NCBI GenBank assembly: GCA_963765895.1 | Contig: CAVXZB010000038.1 | Coordinates: 96,001 to 160,000, forward strand | Direction: 5' to 3' | DNA from: an uncultured Nitrososphaeraceae archaeon | GTDB taxonomy: Archaea; Thermoproteota; Nitrososphaeria; Nitrososphaerales; Nitrososphaeraceae | DNA: 64,000 bases | Shown: positions 11,852-24,219 of the stretch, one piece after another | Position numbering within the stretch: position 1 is the first letter of the stretch | Layout: every line of letters starts with the position of its first letter | The notes under the pieces: generated by a model | Database searches by the model: none | What the model was told of the DNA's origin: nothing | Seen by the model: only the letters and a program-made list of their open reading frames with translations | Translations under genes and position numbers: made by a program

Positions 11852-11903
11852 CAAAGGCTATTGAGTCTCAATTTTCAAAGGCTATTGAGTCTCAATTTTC
11901 AAA
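11852..11903. repeat. 24-bp tandem duplication containing a palindrome
   Basis: caaaggctattgagtctcaatttt x2; each unit contains attgag-t-ctcaat. Confidence 0.9.
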
Positions 11904-12797
11904 TCCTCTGCGATACATTATTATTATTTTTCCGTCACTTACGAACTTACGAACTTATCAACAATGATTGCAATATAATAGATTACATGAAGTTCTACTA
12001 AGGAATTACCTCCTCTAAAATGACGTTTGTCATGCCCAGCAACTGTGACCGGTTCTAATACGAGCGTTAGCATCGGAATTGTTCTCGACAATGCGTGTTT
12101 AGTATTGTTTAGGTTTGCAATTGTATGAGAGCAAGCCAAAGCCAGTAAACAACTTCAACTGTCCTGATCTGTACTAATGTATATCTTACCTAAACTAGTT
12201 TAAATGATGAGGAAAGGATCAAAATCTTTACCCTAAGAGGTTATGTGTACTTTATCTTCTTACGATGTGAGAGGCAAATAATATCATCTTATTTTGTCAT
12301 GATATTATAAATATTATAACGGTCGCTGGTTGAAGTTCAGTCGCATACGCAAGGTGGATTGTTGGACTGAATTCAAAAGCCAGCATCGCCAGCGACAGCA
12401 TGAACCTATTGGTTCGTACGTAGGTTACTAAACCGTTATGTTATCTTATATGTCTTTTCTAACCTTGGAATGCTTCAGTTCGCATAAGGTTTGTATTAGT
12501 TCACATGGCCTAGCAAGACCCCCTATTATTCTAAACTATACACATTATTTCGCTAATTGTTAGGACGGACTACTCGTAGTGAATAGGTTAGCTAAATTGT
12601 GAAACCTTGAGTGCTATCATATAGATCTATCATTTATTATGCCAGAACTATTATTTGGTACCCTATCAACTTAGATTATGAATATTGCATTTGAAACCAA
12701 TTGAATATGCGGGAGGAGCCGGATCAATTTCATCTTGCAAAGAATTTATTTATATATCAATTACGTTATAAATACGTCATTTTTTTGGGTTAAGTAT

Positions 12798-13367
12798 CTA
12801 TTTGGATAGCAATTGTTCAATAAAATTCTCAAATTCTGAATGGGTAAAGAGGGATGAACAGGGGATATTATCTTTTATTACATTTCTCGGATCTTGTCGG
12901 TCTACTACGCAAACTACCCCGCTCACTGATGCACCTTGTTCCTTCACAGCATCTATTGCCATTCTGATACTAGCACCTGTAGTCATGACGTCTTCGACTA
13001 TCACAACGGGATCCTGTAATGTTCCTTCAATCTTCTTTTGCAGCCCGTGTTCCTTTATTGATTTTCTTACGTAGAACCCAGATGGACCTCTACGATTAGT
13101 ATAACTAGTATAGCCCAGAGCTACAATGACTGAAATCAATGGAATAGCCCCAACTTCTAATCCTCCTACTGACTTTGGGTTAAACTTCAAAACTTCTGTT
13201 AGTAATAACTCTCCAACTAAATTTAGTCCTTCTCCGTTGAACAATCCCTTTATATCATAATAATAGTAAGTTGTCTCTCCGCTCGATAACGTGATAGATC
13301 GGTCAAGTACTTTGATACATCTTTCTTGAATTAACTGTTTTAGTCTCGATTTCATCTCAACGGTCAT
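12798..13367 (-). CDS. pyrE: Orotate phosphoribosyltransferase
   Basis: LSSG..T.YYYD, GGLEVGAIP, VRK..KEHG..K.IEG and PRPP motif VVIVEDVMTTGAS. Confidence 0.9.
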   Translation of the reverse strand: MTVEMKSRLKQLIQERCIKVLDRSITLSSGETTYYYYDIKGLFNGEGLNLVGELLLTEVLKFNPKSVGGLEVGAIPLISVIVALGYTSYTNRRGPSGFYVRKSIKEHGLQKKIEGTLQDPVVIVEDVMTTGASIRMAIDAVKEQGASVSGVVCVVDRQDPRNVIKDNIPCSSLFTHSEFENFIEQLLSK

Positions 13368-14109
13368 CGATAATCCCCTCCCAGATACTCTGTCCTTCCA
13401 TTTGTATCAGATTCTGTAGGCGGATTAATAATTTATTGTATAACATAGCGAAGGATATGGATCTATTGAATATGATTTCTTATTCTGGAGAATGATATAA
13501 TTATTGCATTCAAATCACATCCAAAATCCATGGGAGCAGTTGAATATTACCTAACTGTCGACCATATATAACAAAACCGTGTTCATACAGATACTTGACA
13601 TTCAACCATTCTAGAATAAATAATAAGCTAATGTTATTAGTAATAAATGACAATTATTAATGAAGGATAATAATGCTCGTTGTGAAGCATAGAGTATACA
13701 GCGCTAAATTTGCCTACACTCAAAAATCTAGTATCCTTATTTATCAAATTCGTTTATTTATTCTCGATGGTTATATTATCAATAGCAATTCCAGGATGTC
13801 CACCTGATGATGTGAACTTCGCCATTGCGAATCTGAGGCATAATCTATTAATCTGCACTGTATACACAAGAATAAAAGAACAACCTTAGAGTAGATGAAA
13901 AATATACAGGAGTCTATCTGGTCTTTTTCTAGTTACCTTACATAGTACTTTACTAGGTGCTGTGATGTTTTTATTTTCTTTGCTTAAATATAGACAGTTC
14001 AAATGCAGCGTCCCACGGTTTCCATGGATATATACAGCTGACTCTTCAATGTGCCTAGAACCTCTCATAATTTATAAGATATTGTAGGATAAAATATGTT
14101 GCATCTCTG

Positions 14110-14457
14110 ATGGAGCCTCTTTCGACATTTATCCTCGACTTTCAAACTCAGTCCATGTATTTCGAAGCTGATTTTTACATCGCCACATCGCTTTTGGCCA
14201 ACTATCAAAAAATATGTAATCTTGAGAGTATGGAAGTCTTTGCGATTGAGCCTCCGCTTACGAGTGCTGGATGGTCATTTGCAAAATTATTTCTTTCTGG
14301 CCAGTTTGTCGAAAAGATCTACGAGTGTAATCCGCAAGGAGTAGATGGATCTAAAGGGAAAAAGTTTGAAGATAAGTTCGTTTCATGGCTGAATACAACT
14401 CTAAAGAATCGCAACTGCAGGGCCCAGTTAAAGATATCCTCCGCCATGCAAAGATAG
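14110..14457 (+). CDS. Hypothetical protein
   Basis: Intact 115-aa ORF with globular composition and AT-rich upstream region. Confidence 0.65.
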   Translation: MEPLSTFILDFQTQSMYFEADFYIATSLLANYQKICNLESMEVFAIEPPLTSAGWSFAKLFLSGQFVEKIYECNPQGVDGSKGKKFEDKFVSWLNTTLKNRNCRAQLKISSAMQR

Positions 14458-14851
14458 GCGCACTATAATGCTAAAAACGATTTGATTGCTGAAATAACAC
14501 ATGACTTACTTATTCGGAGTAATTATCTTGTAATACGAACTTCCCAACGAATAGAGAATACATTTGTACATGTTCTGTACGTGTTATTCAGAATCGATCA
14601 GATGGTGTGGAACTGGATTATCTAAATGTGAAATGAAGTTACAACAGTTCTAATCCTTTAATCTTAATATAACCGATACTAGAATCATAGTTTGATCATT
14701 TTACTCTATTCCTTCCTTTTGCTTGACTATTAGCGCTAAAAATGATATATTGTACAAATTGACATACTACATTACCGATCGAAATTTGCTCACCTCAACA
14801 AATATCAATTTATATTGTCACCCCAGTTCATTAAATTAGCAATGATATAGT

Positions 14852-15575
14852 ATGATAACGAGGAATCCTCCAATACAGATTGAGAATCAGTTAAGAAAAG
14901 AAGCATTGTATGGCTGTATAATTTGTGGCTGTCCTGTTTTGGTGTATGTAGACATTATACAACAGGATAAGGAAGTTTTCATTCCTGAAAACATGGTAGC
15001 GCTTTGTCCAATTCATAGGAACAAGTATCATGATAACGATTTAGAAGAAGATCAACTGCGAATTGCAAAACTCAGTCCTTATAATAAAGAACATCAACTC
15101 GATGCTTTTACAGTACATTTCTTCAGACATCACAGTTAATGTTGGAAAATGCAAATTCGTAAATACTCCACGGATTTTAGTGGTAGATGATTTTGATATA
15201 ATAACAGTTAAAAGAAACTCAGAAGACCACAGGTTCATCTTAATTGATGTTAACTTTTTCGATTCATTGAATAATTTAAAGGCCATGTTGTCTGAAAATA
15301 GCTGGCACAGTGAAAGTGCTGACCTTGATTGGATCGTGCGCTACGAGCCGAGGCACCTATCTATACAAAAGCAATCTGATACCATGTTATTTGATGCAAA
15401 AATTGATAATGATAAAGAAGAAATCACCATACTTATCGATGGTTTCCATTATAACCAATCATTAATACAAATTTCTCAAAATGAAATCTTGGTAGATAAA
15501 GAAGAGATTGCTCAGGATCTTAAGGGTACATCTGTGAAGAATTACGAAGCAGGAATAATGTTTCAAACAAGATAA
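14852..15575 (+). CDS. HNH-like Zn-binding domain protein with beta-rich C-terminal domain, one frameshift near 15120
   Basis: LRKEALYGCIICGCP...ENMVALCPIH resembles HNH proteins; continues in the overlapping frame 15063..15575. Confidence 0.7.
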
Positions 15576-16164
15576 TTAAACCAAGTAATTTGTCAGTAGT
15601 CGTACGATTACAAATGTTTGATGGCCTTAATGGAATATTTGTGGTTGTAAGTTAACATAAGACTTGATTGTTATACCATCTTTGGTAAGACTGTGGTCAG
15701 TTCTATCTTTTGTGTCAGGGCAAATAGATTACAGCTGTTGAAGTTGGTCAGTCGAATTGATTGATTGATAGTCTATATATTAGTCCGGAGATTTCATCGG
15801 CTAGAGTGTCTGATAAAATTATTCAGCGATAAACAGGGAGATTTAATATTTGACTTGAAAACATATTGGGCTATTTTCCAAAGGGAGATTTTCCGAACTT
15901 CTGGATGCAGGCTAATCTTATTCTCTTTTAAAGGTTAGATTCCTTGTACATAATTCTGCATTATCTTATCGCGTGGTGTTAATAAGGTAATAACTACACT
16001 ATATTCTGGAAAACTAGCGCGGATGGCATGCGGAATGCTTTCGCGTCGGTATCCATCTTATGCATTGATTCTTTATGCCTGGTGTATGAATATATTTACC
16101 TAACCGAGAGGACTTTATATAGTCGAAACGGTATAGTATCTTTAGATTTGTAGGGATATCGAGC

Positions 16165-16375
16165 ATGGAAACTAAATCGGCAAACAATGATGCGGTCGAT
16201 AGGTTGAGGATTATTTCGGCAAAGCCCTAAAGAAACATCCAGGTTCGGGGTTGAGCAGTATGGCGACATTTGTTTATGTTCGACATGCAAAGCAAGAGGA
16301 TTTATCCTGGCTCCAGATGAGGATAATATGACCGAGAAGAACTTTATTGAGGAGTGTCCTGACTGTAATAGCTAA
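16165..16375 (+). CDS. Small zinc-ribbon protein (CxxC...CxxC), one frameshift near 16227
   Basis: METKSANNDAVDRLRIISAKP/KETSRFGVEQYGDICLCSTCKARGFILAPDEDNMTEKNFIEECPDCNS*. Confidence 0.55.
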
Positions 16376-16709
16376 AATCGCTCTTCTAACCGTTACTAAA
16401 ACATAAGGTAGATGCCCGTAAGTCAGTTAGCCATCATGACAGCACAACTATAGTTATAACTTATCTTATTTCGTGGTATTAATTTAATTCAGATAAACGC
16501 AAACTCAGGAATGGACAGCTTTCGTTCAAACAACTTTGTGGTATAATAGATAAAACAGTCACACGATTAACTCGAATGACTGCAATATTGCCTATTGAGA
16601 CCTCGCCTGTTTGAGGATATCTAGGAGGTTACTCCAATCATACCAAAAGATAAACTTTCAGTTCCAACTCAAATTCAAAAAATGTCGATAGAATGCTGGA
16701 CTGGGAATA

Positions 16710-18110
16710 TCATCTCCTAAGAGCTTCCAGAGGAGATAATCGAGCAGCCTTCCAAGCCGGGAATATTCCGGATGCTATACTCAAAGTTACAGAAAGAATC
16801 CATACATTCAAAAGTTGATCGGCAACAAAAACTGGGTTAATATGAGGAGCGGGTGCTCCGGGCTGACCTCCTCCTGTACCTGGTCCCCTTGGAGCAAATC
16901 CTGTAGTTAACAAATAGGCTCCGCCCATGCCAGTTACTAGGCCCACACTAGCCCCTATTATACCAATAAGAAGAGCTTCAGACAAAAATAGTATAAGGAT
17001 AAATCGACTCTTTGCGCCTATTGCTTTCATCGTACCAATTTCCTTGGTTCTCTCGCTGACAGACGTGTAAAGAGTGGTAATTATACCAACCGCACCTACG
17101 AGCAAGGCAATAAATGCTATTGCAATTGTAAACGCATTATTTCCGCTTTGGAATCTTTGTATTGTTTGTGAAATTGCTTTAGGAGTGGTAACACCAATAT
17201 TGGTACCATATAGACTAGTAATCTCCCCTTGAACTGTGGCGACGAGATCACCAGAAAGAGCGGCAACTACCATCTGATCATACTTTCCTGACTTATGGAA
17301 AAGCGAATTTCCAGTAGCTTCATTGATTATGACCGACCGGTCTATAAAATTATTTCCCGTGGGCTGGATTACACCGCTAATCACAAAGCTTTTAGACTGC
17401 TCTTTCGTTTTGCCAGTGTTCTGTTCTACATAAGTAAATGTCCCTCTAACGGTCTGGCCTGTGGACACAAAGGGAATTGTCTTTCCTGGAGGATTTGCTA
17501 TGCTGTCTCCTACTAACATTGCAGTAGGATTATTTGGTTGTATGTAAGAGCCATCCACCAACTGTAGTGAGGGCGTCACTAAGTAAATTTTTTGTGGATC
17601 CATCGCAATGATTTGAGCGTTCAAAACGTTCCCCTGGGCGTTAAGCTGCAGCTGACCTTGATATGATGGAACAACTTCTTGAACAAAGGGTAGGGATTTT
17701 ATTCTGTTAACAATTTCGTTACTAAGTACAATGGTTGGCGGACCCTGAGGGCCGCGGAAATTCATTTGCCCTGAGCTAACAAACAAAACATTTGGAGCCA
17801 ACATACTCATCTGTTTGTTCATAAATACAGACTGTCCTGCGCTCATACCATTCAACGCCACCATTAATGCTCCTCCTACCACAACCATGAGGATAGTCAA
17901 GGCAGATCTAGCCTTTCTTTCCCTAAGAGCGTCAAACGATAGGATGATAATTTGCTTATAGTTCTTACGTCTCGAGCCAATTTTCCAGTCGGTTCGCACT
18001 CTCGAGGGAGATACGACATTATTATCAGCAGATATATTTTTTACATTACGATATGCATCCTTGCTAGATGTACTTGACTCATTTTCCTTGCTGAAATCCT
18101 CGATACCCAT
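16710..18110 (-). CDS. ABC transporter permease, MacB/FtsX family
   Basis: RSALTIL, extracellular domain, SVSERTKEIGTMKAIGA and FPAWKAARLSPLEALR. Confidence 0.93.
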   Translation of the reverse strand: MGIEDFSKENESSTSSKDAYRNVKNISADNNVVSPSRVRTDWKIGSRRKNYKQIIILSFDALRERKARSALTILMVVVGGALMVALNGMSAGQSVFMNKQMSMLAPNVLFVSSGQMNFRGPQGPPTIVLSNEIVNRIKSLPFVQEVVPSYQGQLQLNAQGNVLNAQIIAMDPQKIYLVTPSLQLVDGSYIQPNNPTAMLVGDSIANPPGKTIPFVSTGQTVRGTFTYVEQNTGKTKEQSKSFVISGVIQPTGNNFIDRSVIINEATGNSLFHKSGKYDQMVVAALSGDLVATVQGEITSLYGTNIGVTTPKAISQTIQRFQSGNNAFTIAIAFIALLVGAVGIITTLYTSVSERTKEIGTMKAIGAKSRFILILFLSEALLIGIIGASVGLVTGMGGAYLLTTGFAPRGPGTGGGQPGAPAPHINPVFVADQLLNVWILSVTLSIASGIFPAWKAARLSPLEALRR

Positions 18111-18845
18111 ATTACTGTACTATCACAGCTATTCTCCTATGTTATCGTAAATGTCATACCGACTAACCGTCCTTATTATCCTAATACTATCTAGATAAAT
18201 AGATGCGAAATTCATCCAGTGCCTTGAATAACCAGAAGCAACTGTATTCATATGCTTCAGATATATTATCTTAGCTTCCCAACTGATTTATAGTTAGCGT
18301 TTATTTTGCCTGATCTTTATATTCTAAAGTATTGAAACAGGCAAACAACAGGACTGTGTGGTGTTATAAGGGACTGGTGGCCCAACCATATCAACAGCAT
18401 GAACTTGTTACAGAATAAATGAATACAATAATAATCTTCAAGTAATGTTTGATAGACGTAGTAATGTGGCTACAGACAAACTTTGAGCTAGACTACTAAA
18501 ATAGCCCATCCTCAGTAGGAGATATGGCTATCGCATCTTCCAATTCCGTGAATTCAGGATTTGAATAATATAAGAATAGCTTTTGGCAGAGTCAGTAATA
18601 GTAATCTCTATAGTAGAGCCAATAAAATTGACATGGAAGATTCGTAAATTTGTTGATATAACGAATCCCATAATGTTATTTATCTGAATATTAGGCAACT
18701 TCAGTCACTCGGTAAGAGTACTGGAGGCCAATTTATTAAATCAGAATTACTTTCAGAGGTTGAATTAAAAAGGCAAAACTTGAGCTATACTTGAAAACTG
18801 AACCTAGGGGATAATTTAAACCCGTACTTAACTATTACGTATTTC

Positions 18846-19337
18846 TTATAGACTAATGAATTCTGCTTTTCTTCTTTTCGTATCAAAAATTGCAGCAGTT
18901 GCTTTATAGTCAAAGAACCAGCCATTTGCAGTTCCAGGATTTATAAGCAAAGTCTTTCCGATCTGCAGCTCTTCAAGCTTATGTGTGTGACCACAGACTA
19001 GTACGTCGTACTTGCCGGATTGCAATACTAATGACTTTTTTTTGGCATTTGTCCCATGATAAACCGCGATCAGTACATGATCCTGTTCAATTTCACAAAA
19101 GTCGCCTTTAAGTTCACCGCCGATCTTTTGGAAGCTCAATGAAAGTCTTTCCTCTTCAATGTCATTATTTCCGAGAACTCCAATCAACCTAACGCCTTCA
19201 AACGATTTAACTGATTCCGGCCTAACGATGTCGCCAGCATGAATAACAAGATCAATATTTTTATCTCTACATATTTTTACGAATTTCTCAATGTTATAAA
19301 TATTGTCGTGGGTATCTGATATCAGTCCTATGTGCAT
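18846..19337 (-). CDS. Metallophosphoesterase, YfcE/MJ0936 family
   Basis: ISDTH, HAGD, GNND, HG, GHTH and NPG motifs. Confidence 0.93.
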   Translation of the reverse strand: MHIGLISDTHDNIYNIEKFVKICRDKNIDLVIHAGDIVRPESVKSFEGVRLIGVLGNNDIEEERLSLSFQKIGGELKGDFCEIEQDHVLIAVYHGTNAKKKSLVLQSGKYDVLVCGHTHKLEELQIGKTLLINPGTANGWFFDYKATAAIFDTKRRKAEFISL

Positions 19338-19359
19338 CTAGACGATTTAGTCAGTCTCT

Positions 19360-20630
19360 TTACATTTTTATTTGTACCCATCTGTGTCAGTCGTAACTAT
19401 TGATCAATCATATTCAAAATTGCACTTCTGGATTTCCAGGGCATGAAGAGTCTTTGTTTCTCATTGAGAAATTAGTTCCTTGATTGTATTGGGAGAGAAG
19501 TCTGCATTTCGTAAAAATGCTGGGAGACTCGATTTCACTTCTAATTATTCCGGTTACTGATTGGATTTGTGCGCCATAATTTTCAATGAGTTATGTGTAT
19601 TCTTCGCTAATCTTGAAAGTCGATTGACTCTGTCTCAGCATTCGAGTTACTTTCAATAATACGGTAAAGTCTTTCTATGAATCTAATTTGACTGGTAAGA
19701 AATTTTGACATTTTTATCGTGTTCTCATTTTTGTCACTAAACAATATGTCTTTGCCCTGCTTTCAACTTCCGCGATGTTGGAAGGCAGATGTGTGATCTT
19801 CCTAGGATAATTGTGATAATAAAGATGTTTTTATCGTTTTTCAGAGATACATATAATACCTCTCTTACCAGGGTATTGCTAAGTAAACTCCCATCCCAAG
19901 CCAACACTCCATCTTCTATTTCAATCCATGGAAAACCATATATAGGATATCCAGCGCTGGCTAGAATTTGCTTTGCTTCTATACGCACCAAAGGTATTGT
20001 CAAATACCAATGGCTTAGATGTCATAACATTTACTGTAGTTATCATGATACGTAAGACATCTGGTAATTCTTCTTTGGTTGCCGCGAGGTTGAGTTGACT
20101 ATGGTCCACGTATTTATCAAGGTTTTTTGCTAGTGGATAAAGGTCGTACAAATAAGTCCACGTCCTTGGATCAAAATATTTGTATCGTTTGAGACTGTCT
20201 TCCAATTCTGTGGCCATCTAGGGACAAACATCTTTGGGACTCATTGCAGCGTTTGCTGCTACCGAAGAGATCTTTTTGGATCTAAATGTGTTAGAACTTG
20301 TATCATTATCAATAACAAAAAAATCAGGTATTATGCTAGGGCAACCCTCTGCTAGTTCCATCCAAAATTCTTTAATGCCTCTTCTGGATGGTCGCTCTTA
20401 CTTCCAACAATAATTGCCGCATTAACGGCTCCTACGGAAGTCCCAGCTGCGACATCTATTCTGATTCGTTTCTTTACAAATACCTTAAATACCCTCCATA
20501 TGCAAAGGCTTCCTAAGAACCACCGCCCTGCATTGAAAGGACATTTTCGATATTCCTTTTGGTAAATCTCAATCTGCTTGGTGGTGGTGTTTCACTCAAA
20601 ATTTGAGTTTCTTTTTCCAGATTGGCATCC
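19360..20630 (-). pseudogene. Patatin-like phospholipase, multiply disrupted
   Basis: Fragments MQGGGS, AAGTSVGAVNAAII, ASAGYPIYGFPW, WDGSLLSNT and DFSPNTIKELISQ across several frames with stops; boundaries approximate. Confidence 0.85.
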
Positions 20631-21518
20631 GTTATGCTTTGGTATGGGCATCATTACGTATGAATATTTCTATCATCAGAATTTCAGAGGTTGTCCTTAA
20701 GTCGCATCGTAATCTATTGAATAGCTTTGAATCGAGATAAAGATTGTTTCAGTTCACGTTGGCGATTCGATTTATGGTAACTGATACAGTAAGAGTCATT
20801 AGTTGTAATAGAAGTGGATCAGCTTAGACAAGTTACCAGTGTAATGAAAATCTCAGAAGTAACAAACAATGAAAGGGATAGGGCTCGCTATAATTACCAA
20901 AAGTTTTTTTTATAACCATATTAAAAAAACAACTATTGAGACATTTAATGGATCGTTTCCGATTAGAGTACCAACCAACCGAGCAAAATTAGTAATCGTT
21001 TCCTTAGGCTCGTTCCAATTATTAATAGCTTCCATTTTAGTTGCTGCAATGGAATTGCGAATCACAATATCACTTTCCTGCTTTAATGTCAAATTAGTTG
21101 GACTGCGAATAGGATAGGATATCAACATTTACCCTAATGGTTATATCTTTGTCACATTTCATATCATATCCAGTATTAGGATCATTTGGCTTCCCTAAAT
21201 ACCATCAAGTGATTTATATATACGACGGTTATGAAAGAACCGATGCGACTTGGTTTGAGTTGATTAGGGGATACTTATAGACAAGTTTAGCCGTTCCCGA
21301 TATGATTCTGTCTGCTGTCACAGCAGTTTTGCATTCCAAATTGTAGGATGGAGAGATTATTAATACTTGTGACCGTACAGCTGATACAATTATTCCTAAT
21401 TAACCAAATTTTTAGTGCTTGTCATATTTGTAGTCATGAGCCTGGAAGAACGATATAATAGGCCTTCGATACCTGAACAAAGGAATAATATTACAGGTAT
21501 ATTATGTACTGATATCCA

Positions 21519-21866
21519 ATGACTAAATTAGATGAATCAGGTCAGGTTATCTACCTACAATATAAGAATCTGGAAGACATGCTCAAGGTGATTCTCTTTT
21601 CCGCACAATCCGCGCTGGGTTTGACACCCATGCTTTATAGTATAAAACACAACAACAGTAGCATACTGTTTATCCAAACAGGTTTAGCGAATGGTGCAGT
21701 AATTCATTATCTCATTATGCGCAGCGCAAAGCCAGAACAGAAATACATCGAGCTGAAGCGATTAACTGGAGAATTCAAATTTGTTGAGAACATAGGTACC
21801 GATACAATGTCTCTGTATATTCCAGTCCTAGAATTGGAAACGTCCACACTCAAATTTCCCCTATGA
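21519..21866 (+). CDS. Hypothetical protein
   Basis: Intact 115-aa ORF followed by a T-rich stretch. Confidence 0.7.
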   Translation: MTKLDESGQVIYLQYKNLEDMLKVILFSAQSALGLTPMLYSIKHNNSSILFIQTGLANGAVIHYLIMRSAKPEQKYIELKRLTGEFKFVENIGTDTMSLYIPVLELETSTLKFPL

Positions 21867-23781
21867 GCAGCCTCTATTATTTTCTTATCTTGGGTATCTA
21901 GCAAAGTATACCACTTAATGGATAGGATGGATTATGAATTGACCATTATCCGGTGAAATCCTCCTTTAAAAGCAATAGCAGCTCTGAATTAAATGAGATT
22001 CTTATGCATATTATCAAGTAATTTAGTGCTTCACTTAAATTGATTACGTTAGGAAGCGTGGCCGATGATGACCCAACAATGCCGATGAATAAGCCAATAA
22101 GCGAATTCTTTAATCGACATATACTTTGTTAAGCCGAACGAGGGCGAGTTGATATTGGACCTGATTGTCTGATTTTGCCGAATCTATCACCGGGCGAGGA
22201 CTATAGTCTTTAAGAATTACTATACTTAATGACGAACAAAATTCTGCTAAAAAAAGATATTGACTTGTATACTAGTAACGACAGTCATGAAATTGTTATC
22301 AACCGTGCTAATTTTTGCAAAGCATACTCTATGCTAATTTTACAGCACGGCGAATTGGTATAAAACCTACTACTATACATTTTAGGACTAGATTTTTACG
22401 TCAGTCAGTTAAACATTGGGTCAGTTTTTAAATATACATGATCAATTATAATTTCTACATCTTGCTAAAGTGCAGATTTGGCCAGAGACTCATACATCAA
22501 GATTAAATATTGTCTTCCCATTACAAATTCCTAATGAATAGCGAAATAAGAAGATCCTGTAGCAGATGTGACGGACAGATGTTAGGTGAGACCCAGCCAA
22601 TTCCAAAGAAAGTCGCTCTGCCTATACCTCTTAAACCATCGTTTTCGATTGAGAAATATTTGCCAAACATCTATGAAGGAGTATGATTTTTATACCGTAT
22701 TTATTTGTTCTTCGTGCGGCTATCTTGACGTATATTTTACAAAAAATAAATAGCATACCTTCTCTTTCAGTATTTGTCCAACGCTCATTATTGCTAATGT
22801 CTGATCTTGATTATGATACCGATAAATCAGAATCAGCATCCTACAAGAATATCATTATCAGTATTGACAAAGCAACCGTAAACCTATCGTACACCCTTTG
22901 TATACTTTATAAGATTTGGAATGAAGAAAAATATTAACAACCGTTAGAACCTGAATCATTAAAACGAGAAGTCATGTTAGGAGGGCCTATGATTCATCTA
23001 AAGTAAAAGTGGAAATTGATATCTGGTTCGATTGTCGAATACTTCCCACAGATTTTTCATTCTTGAGATTAACGACATTGACGTTAACTGAAAGAAACTG
23101 AAAGAACTAAAGAGTGAACTGAGAAGGCCATAGAAGACTACCAATACATTAGCGAACGAATCAATATGTATATCAAAGAGATTCTTCGACCCTTAATAGA
23201 AAATGTAACTGATAACTTATTTACATTGTTATTAATTAGAATATGAAGTAATAAGACATGAGTACACAAGTATTTAGAACGATCAATAGCATAAATCATA
23301 ACTGTCAAAATAGGGATTATTATTGAATTTGCAATATCTCTGGTTATTTGATGTCAGATCAGTTGTACATAGAGAATAGAACAAGGTTAATTCTACATAT
23401 GTCAGAAAGCAAAAACTCGTAACTGATCAGACCCAGCAAACGCGTTCAATTTATTTTATATACCAAAGATTATTCATACTTCTTAATATTGTTTGGCCTA
23501 TATCTTCACTATATCAAATATACTCTTCACTTTCTTTCTTTCTCATTTTGTTCATGTCTACCCATTCCAGCAGTTCAAATGTTCACTTTGATATTTTCAT
23601 TAGTTAACGATAATACGGTCAGCTAAAACAGCTAACTTATCGATACTATACAAAAGAATGTTAAATAAGATTGTGGATCAGAAAAGGCCCAATTAGAAAA
23701 TCTGATTTGATAGTCTAATCGAATTATTTCTTAATTTTACGATTCCAGAGAAGTAACTATATTTAGCGCAATATAAGAAAA

Positions 23782-24219
23782 TCAACGTCTTGTAGGCTTA
23801 AGTGATATTAGATCGCATACGTTCCGTTTAGGCGAGTACGTTTTAGTTATGTCATCTAGGTATCGGCCAGTGCTGGCAGCAGGTCTGAAGGAAAATCTAT
23901 TTCTCATTTCATCTTCTTGGGTAATGTTCTCACATCCTCGTTGTGCAAGATAGTTTTCGGTAGTTCCAGCATATCTTATCAAGTCTTGTACATCATCATA
24001 TTTGTCGCTCCAATATATTGCAATCCCAGTAAGATAATCTATTCTCCAGAATGACCTTGCCATTTCAAGATCGCTATGCTCATGTGCTGTAACTTCAACG
24101 AATTCAGTATTGATGTCCAGCATTTGCTGTCTAGTGTATGGATCGACAACATATTTTATCTCATTATCAGACACTACTATATACCACCAGTTTATATCTC
24201 GTAAACAATAAGACATCAT
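23782..24219 (-). CDS. Hypothetical protein (true start may be a downstream GTG)
   Basis: 145-aa ORF with protein-like composition; no family recognised. Confidence 0.55.
   Translation of the reverse strand: MMSYCLRDINWWYIVVSDNEIKYVVDPYTRQQMLDINTEFVEVTAHEHSDLEMARSFWRIDYLTGIAIYWSDKYDDVQDLIRYAGTTENYLAQRGCENITQEDEMRNRFSFRPAASTGRYLDDITKTYSPKRNVCDLISLKPTRR

Noticed and set aside
13767-13889. Short ORF with IPGCPP (NuoB/hydrogenase small-subunit-like motif)
   Set aside because: Only a six-residue match in a 40-aa ORF with no other family motifs; probably chance.
20869-21128. Overlapping opposite-strand ORFs of 72-82 aa
   Set aside because: No recognisable motifs, and neither strand can be favoured.
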